Positions 56,789-64,000 of a stretch of DNA of 64,000 nt are shown piece after piece. The stretch is from Macrostomum lignano (Eukaryota): positions 1-64,000 of the forward strand of contig NIVC01000787.1 in the NCBI GenBank assembly GCA_002269645.1. The letters run 5' to 3'. The notes under the pieces are model-generated. The model was not told the DNA's origin, made no database searches, and saw only the letters and a program-made list of their open reading frames with translations. The translations under genes were made by a program, and so were the position numbers. Position 1 is the first letter of the stretch. Each line of letters begins with the position of its first letter.

Positions 56789-57460
56789 ATGGACGAGTTA
56801 ATTAAACCAGTTGTCGTTAGACCAGCAGATAGTACATGTTGCTGCAAATGCTGCTGCTGCAAGTGCAGTAAGTGTGTAAGCAGCCGTCGAAAACGACACC
56901 AGGACGATACCATCAGAGCATCATCAGCCGGATTAGCAGCAGATCAAGCAGAGCGGGCGACAGCGTCCACGCTGTCAAGCGGTGCATCCACGGACACCAC
57001 AGCAGATGCCGCCACCGCAGCAGCTGCAGGCGACGCCGCGGTACAAGTGGACTGTCAGCAGCGCGGCTCCGATCAACGGCTTCGCAGGATCTATGCGCCA
57101 GCCGGCACTGGGCTTGAGAATCAATCCAACGATGTTGTTGAACGATCCCCACTTTGTCGAGTGATCCTGCCACGACGGGCGGTGGTCTCCAGCGTGTCGC
57201 GACTCCAGATGGCGAAGCAGCATCGCTGGCTCGGCTCGACTGTCCTCACACTTGGTGGTTGTCGTCTGTTCGTGCCGCCGCAAGCTCTGCAAGGCTTCGT
57301 GCCGCTGCTCAATACGCGGAGCCGCTCCCAGTCGGTGACTCCACATCAAGGCTCTTTGATGGCAACCGCAGATGAAGCGCAGTTCAAAGCTGCGGTGTCT
57401 AGCTCATCCGAGATCTTTGAAGTTGCCGTTTACGTGCCGGAAGAGGATGAAAGTAATTGA
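56789..57460 (+). CDS. Uncharacterised 223-aa protein with an N-terminal Cys cluster
   Basis: Single GC-rich ORF in AT-rich flanks; STCCCKCCCCKCSKC near the N-terminus; no family confidently recognised. Confidence 0.5.
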   Translation: MDELIKPVVVRPADSTCCCKCCCCKCSKCVSSRRKRHQDDTIRASSAGLAADQAERATASTLSSGASTDTTADAATAAAAGDAAVQVDCQQRGSDQRLRRIYAPAGTGLENQSNDVVERSPLCRVILPRRAVVSSVSRLQMAKQHRWLGSTVLTLGGCRLFVPPQALQGFVPLLNTRSRSQSVTPHQGSLMATADEAQFKAAVSSSSEIFEVAVYVPEEDESN

Positions 57461-57955
57461 TAGCTAGCTAATTTATTGCACCTGCAAGCGATAGAGTTAA
57501 TTGCTTGGGGTCGGATTCCACCCGTGAGCTGGCGGACAAAGGAGGCAGTAGACGGACACAGGCTTGATGAACGAGAAACGTAAATTTCTACGATAAGACC
57601 AACTCGGTCTTGAAGTTTTGCTGCAAGCAGGGTGGCTACTCATTGATGTATTTATTCAAGAGCATGCTTTGCGCTGTGTGTCAGCAGAATTTGGTTGTGA
57701 ATTATATTGTCTTGCATTGAAAAAATAAACTGCATTTTAGTCTGAAATCTTACATTAGATACAGTATGATGTTTTTATTACACATTTACTATATATAGTT
57801 TTCTTGACGTAAATGTGCTCATTTTATGCTAACAAAAATTTTGAAAATGTTGTGTTGTGTTGTGCTTTTTGTGACCAAATTCAATAGGTTTATGCATGTA
57901 CAAGCGGGCCAGTAAGGATACAAGAAGTTAAGATTATTAGTGAGAGGTACGAACA

Positions 57956-60949
57956 CAGGGACAACTAAAACCCTCGGGACGCGAAACGAGCCAATTCATG
58001 GCATAAAATCTGAGGGGCTCGCTTAAAAGTATTGTTCTATGGCTTTTTCAAGTCTTCTCTGCTCTCTTCTCTTCTCTGCGGCCAGCAGTGAAGCTAAGCT
58101 GAACTATATCAAGAGAAGCATTTTTTATTCACTTGATGAAATGCCAAGAAAGTGCAGCGTATTTCCGTGCTCGTCAAATTACAACTCTGAAGCCGTTCGA
58201 ACACGGATATTTGCGTTTCCCAGAGATCCACAGGAGCGAGAGCGATGGAGAAAGGCGCTGCCAAATATTCTCCAGGTAAGAAACCAGATCATTTGCTGTC
58301 ATTTCTGCTGCATAATTCCGCTTCAATTCTGCATGCCAGTCTCGTCCAAACAACTTGAAACCCAAAATTTATTATTTTAGAGAGTGACTGACAATATGGG
58401 CGTGTGCGTAAAGCATTGGCCAAGCGATGCTCCAATGGTCAAGAAAAACTCTACCGAAAGGCCAATTAATCCTCCTTGAGTTCCTAGCTCGTGTTTTGTT
58501 CAGAACCAAGGTACGTAACTTAAAGATTGCTCAACACTTAGCGTCTATATCGATTTTGCCGCTCACAATTATCTTACTTTTATTTTTACTCTTATTTTAG
58601 ACCAGGACCGACAGGCCGAAAAGCGCGGTGTTCTTTCTGACGCGAGGTGCGGCGACATCGATGAGATGTACGCTTTTCAGCTGCTTGATTTTTTGCCGGC
58701 ATGGGTAAGTTTTTGAGCTGAGGTGAAAAATTCGGATGTCGTATCTCGACATGCACTGAACACAGCTATTCTGAACGAAGACGTTTACTTGTTTACGTTA
58801 GATAAAGATGGAGACTTGTCTATTCGAATTTTTGTCTCACCCAACTTTCTGATTCGTGCATTCAAACTGCATACACCGATTTCGGTTCGAGACTTGTTGG
58901 GATTTCAACCGACACTTAAGCGCTGGTCGCAACTGGATGCTGTTGTCGTGCGGTGCAAACATTCCGACGCCAATCCCCAACGTGAAGTCGAAGCGTTTGT
59001 TAGTAGAATCAGTGATGATATAGATTCTGACTCTGATTTGGATCCGTCGCTTCAGTTTTTGATTCGACAACTTAGCCTTACATTAGTAAATCGGAACAAT
59101 CGCCGCTATGATATTTCACTAGTGCGACAGTAAGCATTGCTCTACTTGATCAGTAGTTCGGCTTACTCTTACCTACGAAAGCTATTAACATTGCCTCATC
59201 CCCGAACGCTGCAGCTGCAACTAGCAGGTACAGGAGAAGTTGGCACAGAAACCGACGCAGCCGATGTGATCCAGTCAGTTTTTGCTAGTCTATCAGGAGC
59301 TCAGCGAAACTGCGTAATTATGTTTGACGAAATGTACATACAACCGTCCGTTCGATATCGATGCCGTCACCTTCTGGCTCGAGCCGTCGACGATCCGGAC
59401 CAGGTTGCTAGGACAATTTTGGCCATAATGGTAAAGCCATTACTTGGTAGAAAACCGTTTGTAGTCCGACTATTGCCGACATACATTTTGTCTGCGGAGT
59501 TTCTGCGAAAATGCGTCAGCCAATGTATTAAAGCAATTAACAACAACGGTGGCCGTGTCGTTGCTCTCGTCAGCGACAATCACCCTACCAACCGCAAGTG
59601 TTTTGCTTTATTTAGCGATGGAAGAGAGAAGCCATGGATTGGAACGGATGCTGCACAGGAGTCGGAATTCTTCATGCTGTTCGATTTCGTTCACATTATC
59701 AAATGCATTCGCAACAATTGGCAAATGGAAGCGAATGGAATTCTAAGCATTCAACCTCCTGGCGCTGACCCACGAATCAGCTACGTTCTGCTGGCTGACT
59801 TTCACAGTGATCCACTTGAGGCTGAGTTTGGCGTGTATCGCCAAATGAGCGGCGGCAACTACTATGTATCTGTGGAGCAAGTGCTGCTCAGTGCTCGACT
59901 CCGACGAATGAAATTATTCGCATCCCTTGAATTAGCAGACTACAATCACGATCGGAGCAAATGTTGCAATGAACAGCTGAATAAAATTGAACTGGCGACC
60001 ATTGATAATTGTGCTGCTAAATCAGAGGAGCTTTCCATTTCGGAGATGGCTTCGCTCTACTATATCGCAGGTAAGCTGGATATTAATTAAAATTTAATTC
60101 ACAACGAGGTTTTACACAATCTCATAAAAACAATTTAAACCGTGCTTAATTGGAAATTGACAGGTTATACAGCGACTAAAGAAGGCATCAAAGGAACAGA
60201 TTTGATATCAGAGACGAGCATTCCAGCCAGCGAATTCACTGAAGAGTTATCTCGCGGAAAGCTTTGTCATCCTCCACAATGGCTGTTGGACTTATCCTGT
60301 CTCTGCTACAGCAGTTTTATTCTGCACTCTCCTACGTGCGCAACTCGCGTGCAGAAGCTGTTTTATGTTATTAAGGACTTTTACTTTCCAACTAAGACAC
60401 AGTTCAGCATGGACAGTGTGTCCCGTCGGCTAGCCAACGTTTTTTTCAAAGGACTAGTAAGACGCTCGTCAAAACTTCCACCAATACCGACGACATCCCA
60501 TGTTAGAAAGCTTCGGAAGTTAGATGCTCAGTAGGTGAAGTTCCAGCGTTTCCTTTATGTACGAGCTACTGACTGTTTGTGTCGTCTTGCCCTTGGAGTT
60601 CCGTATTTGCTTCTATCTTCTTGCCGTTGGAGTTATATCTTTGCTTTCATCTTTTATCTTCTTGCCGTTGGAGTTATATCTTTGCTTTTATCTTTTATCT
60701 TCTTGCCGTTGGAGTTTTTTTGTTGATATGGCGGTTACTTTATTGTAAATACATTGTAATTATATCACTGGTTCCTATTCTTTAAATTAAATACTCGATA
60801 TTGCCTCGCTTTACTATTTAATCTAACCGTTAATGCCTGATAGCAGAGAAGACTTGAAAAAGCCATAGAACAATACTTTTAGGCGAGCCCCTCAGATTTT
60901 TTGCCATGAATTGGCTCGTTTCGCGTCCCGAGGGTTTTAGTTGTCCCTG
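57956..60949 (+). mobile_element. P-superfamily (THAP9-like) DNA transposon, internally deleted and inactivated, ~107-bp TIRs
   Basis: TIR cagggacaactaaaaccctcgggacgcgaaacgagcc...cttctct at both ends; direct flank gtacgaaca duplicated. THAP MPRKCSVFPC...RW...CVKHW split by introns; transposase motifs FDEMYI, VSDNHPTNRK, FDFVHIIKCIRNNW, FHSDPLEAEFG.YRQMSGGNY. Premature stops at ~58478 and ~59131; ~41-bp repeats at 60590-60720. Confidence 0.92.
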
Positions 60950-61351
60950 GTACGAACAGGTAAGATAAATCAGTCAAAAGTTCGAGAAGGTAAGAATAAT
61001 TGAAAGCTGATTAATAATGAATAGAATTAAACAACACAATGGTGACGATTTAGCTGCAATAAGTTGCAATTTTCTTGAATTTTATTGTTGTTCTGGAATT
61101 AAAATTAGTTTGTCTCATACGGGAGAGTTCATAAAGGTATTTTTATAATTGGCTTTGACACTGATAAACATATATAGACCCTTAATGGAATCAGTTTATG
61201 TGAAATTTTAGTGAAATATGGACAGTATAAATATCCGAATTACACGAAGTTAGCTATATGAAAGAGGCAAGAGAAGACAACGCCTAAATATAGTAATGTG
61301 AGTGATTTCTTTGAAATTTAAATAGTTGACAAAACTTCAGAATTTAGAAAC

Positions 61352-61842
61352 GCTCAGAGACGTTCAGTTCAGGTCAGGGACTACTCAAACACCGGGACGG
61401 GAAACTAGGAATTTTTTACGAGGCTGGTATTTTTGGCAGCTGACGAGGCTGGCTGGCTTATTTTCATAGAGCTGTGTTACTTTGTTGTCTATGGTTATTT
61501 TCTACTGCTGCTAAAAGACCAGCCTCGTAAAGAATTCCAAGTTTCCCGTCCCGGTGTTTAAGTAGTCCCTGGTTCAGGTTCAGTGACGTTCGGTTCAGGG
61601 GTTCAGAGACGTTCAGTTCAGGTTCAGAGACGTTCAGTTCAGGTTCAGAGACGTTCGTTTCAGGTTCAGAGACGTTCAGTTCAGGTTCAGAGACGTTCGG
61701 TTCAGGTTCAGAGACGTTCGGTTCAGGTTCAGAGACGTTCGGTTCAGGTTCAGAGACGTTCGGTTCAGGTTCAGAGACGTTCAGTTCAGGTTCAGAGACG
61801 TTCGGTTCAGGTTCAGAGACGTTCAGTTCAGGTTCAGAGACG
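61352..61842. repeat. 21-bp minisatellite (gttcagagacgttcagttcag), split by the MITE
   Basis: About 13 units after the MITE and 1 before it. Confidence 0.9.
61375..61571. mobile_element. 197-bp P-like MITE (CAGGGACTACT termini, ~55-bp TIR), 8-bp TSD gttcaggt
   Basis: Inserted into the 21-bp minisatellite; perfect TSD at 61367-61374 and 61572-61579. Confidence 0.9.
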
Positions 61843-61904
61843 GCATGCAGATGTCATAAGACGGCATCGTGTTTCTCAGTGAGACTCTAATGCTGTCTCC
61901 AGGA

Positions 61905-63462
61905 TCAGTAAATGTATAGAGACAGGCGGATGGCCCTCAGCGACCTCCGGGCTCCGTCGTAATACCAGGTCATCCATATTAGGCCAGACTTCTCCGTAGG
62001 CGAGTACTCACCATTTGGATTAATTAGTGTACAGGCTTTAAACCACCAGCCACTTTTGCCGTGGTAGGCGTTCGAGCAGGAGCCACCAAATCTGTCATTG
62101 TCTCGATCCTTGGTGGAGAACTTCATGCCATTGTGGTAGTGAAGCCGACCGATCTCAAGGTTTGAACGCGCGAGGTCCAGTTGTCCAACAGTCATAGTAT
62201 AATCAGTGCTGCCGTTTTGCACGTGAAAGTCAGGATACACCTGGTATAGAGTCCCGTTCTGCCACGTAATCATTTGAACAAGCAGATCGACACCGCTTGG
62301 ATCCCGCGAGGTGAGCTGGTGAAGGGCTTGCAGACCTGATAAGATTTACCAGTTACAGGGGACTATTAGCTCAGAACAAAACTCCCAGTCTAAGTGTTTA
62401 ATCTGCTCATCAATCCAATAGTTGACATCGTCGCCGAAGCCAGACTCGTAGACGCTCCACGGCTGCTGGAAGCTGGTGTCGCTCACTCGCTGCTGGACGG
62501 GGCAGAACAGGCCTCCGTCTATCGCAGCCACGACGGTCCGCTGGCACGGAGACGATGAGGCTGCAATTGCAAGTTTTGTCTCGTAAATAGCATTGGAAAG
62601 CGAGTTCTTTTCTGCAGACGGCTCTCAGGTGCCGCCGTACATCAGGGCAACGAAAGTCGACCAACAGTCAGCAAGGAGGCGAGTAGCTACACGCGTGCCA
62701 ATTTAGCTGACCTCTGAGCACTCACAAGGATACTTACTTACACGCCGGCACAACTCACACAGCTAATGAAAATTGAAACTTTACATGTTCAAAACTGCAC
62801 ATTGTCATGAAGCCTTGCCAGTCATTTCTACTGAAGTGCTAACCAGATCCTGGGTCTAATGGTGCCTTCCAGCCATTGTTACAGCCGCACTGCATCAAAT
62901 CCGTCTATCCTTGATCTCAATAAGCTGAATTGCCCTTCCAGCTTTCCTGTGAGCTCACCTGCTCGCCGTCTTAGGCCCGAGTTGTACACTAGAAGGTCAT
63001 CAGTGGCGAGGCCTCCAGGCTCCTCGTTCGACATCTGGCACTTGGAGCTGGCCGGTGAGAAGCTGAAAGTCAGACAGTTGGTGCGCTGGCTGCACAGAGA
63101 GGCGCAGTGGAACTTGTTTTTGGCGACCAGTCTGGTGATCTCGGCGAACTCGGCGGCCAGGTTCGGTGGCGAGTTCGGTTCCGGCTCGAACACGCGACTC
63201 ACTGCAAGTTGGAAAGAAAGTTGCGGAGAAATTTCAGTTGCTCAGATTTCTTTAACAGCAATTTTTTAATTTCCCTTCGAGTTTTGTTGTTCCCGAGGTG
63301 CATTTTAAGTTTACATGTTGTTTTGTAAACAGGAATTTACTCAAGACAATTGAGACACTTACATTGAATGACCGCGACTGCAGAAAAGCAAATGCTGGAC
63401 CAGATAAGGCAGAAGAACACCCAGGTGCAGTGGAGATTGCAGCTAAGCTTAGTTTTGTGCAT
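61905..63462 (-). CDS. Secreted PAN/apple + fibrinogen C-terminal (FReD) protein, ~324 aa; intron 3 has a non-canonical AT donor
   Basis: Exons 63462-63363 (signal peptide), 63201-62959 (CASLCSQRTNCLTFSFSPASSKC), 62611-62411 (QQRVSDTSFQQPWSVYESGFGDDVNYWI) and 62335-61905 (HNGMKFSTKDRDND, GWWFKACTLINPNG). All phase 1; total 975 nt. Confidence 0.8.
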
Positions 63463-64000
63463 GCTTGTAAAATAGATTGCTTGCAAGGGGTGGAGAATCT
63501 TGTCAACAAGGAATGCTTTTCACAAGCTCTAAAGCCATGTTTTATACTCCAGCAAAGACAAAGAGCCCTGTTAAGACAATGGACATGCGCCAGGGAATTC
63601 AGCTTCTATAGCCGAAGATGGGACTATGCTAATGCCGTTCATCAGGAGTCTGCTGCACCAACCAGATTACTTTTTAGCTGGGAATCCTTTGTGGCTGTGA
63701 ATGGCAGAGATATATCAATGTGCTTGAGTAAGACACAGGTCCAAAAGACTCTACCCTGTTTCTACATAGAATCTCAATTTTGTGAACAAAAAGCTTTATG
63801 AATATCAATAGAGCAATAAGAAAAGCGCAACATATCAAAAGATGAGCATTGGATCTGCCTCCTATCGAAAGCAATAACAATTGTTGTGCTGAAAAGATGA
63901 AAACTTCCCCATCTGTCGTATTTTTCGGCGAAAACCAGCCTCTAACTTTTTATAGGAAACGTAGTTTCCCGTCCTTCTAGTTGAGTAGTCCTTGGGTCCT

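Noticed and set aside
62725-63994. Pairing caaggatactt (62725) with the right end at 63994 as one P-like element capturing the PAN-FReD 5' exons
   Set aside because: The left-end match is too weak and the flanks show no TSD; the right flank is also cut by the window edge.

Overview
Eukaryotic (metazoan) genomic DNA, not prokaryotic: spliceosomal introns, GC-rich exons, AT-rich introns and many minisatellites. The style suggests a free-living flatworm such as Macrostomum, but that is an impression, not a database result. Scattered single-base indels in otherwise clean ORFs suggest long-read assembly errors. Genes I could reconstruct by hand: a ~1300-aa acidic E/A/D/Q/P-repeat protein, a Hillarin/KY-like transglutaminase-fold protein, prominin, a secreted N-formylglutamate-amidohydrolase-like protein, AKAP14, a CFAP97-domain protein, headcase, VTA1, a secreted PAN+fibrinogen-C protein and two orphan ORFs. 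Mobile DNA: an internally deleted THAP/P-superfamily transposon plus related CAGGG-ended MITEs (one only 46 bp), two hAT-like MITEs, a Harbinger-like MITE, two 5'-truncated LINEs, an LTR with a tRNA-His primer-binding site, a solo LTR, a SAP-domain DIRS/Ngaro-gag-like ORF and about 20 tandem arrays. The most interesting stretch is ~48.4-53.8 kb: a SAP/gag-like ORF head-to-head with VTA1, abutting a LINE RT, followed by a compact, intronless, decayed ORF cluster that contains a deoxynucleoside-kinase pseudogene and may be an endogenous DNA-virus remnant. No CRISPR array and no rRNA or tRNA gene was found.
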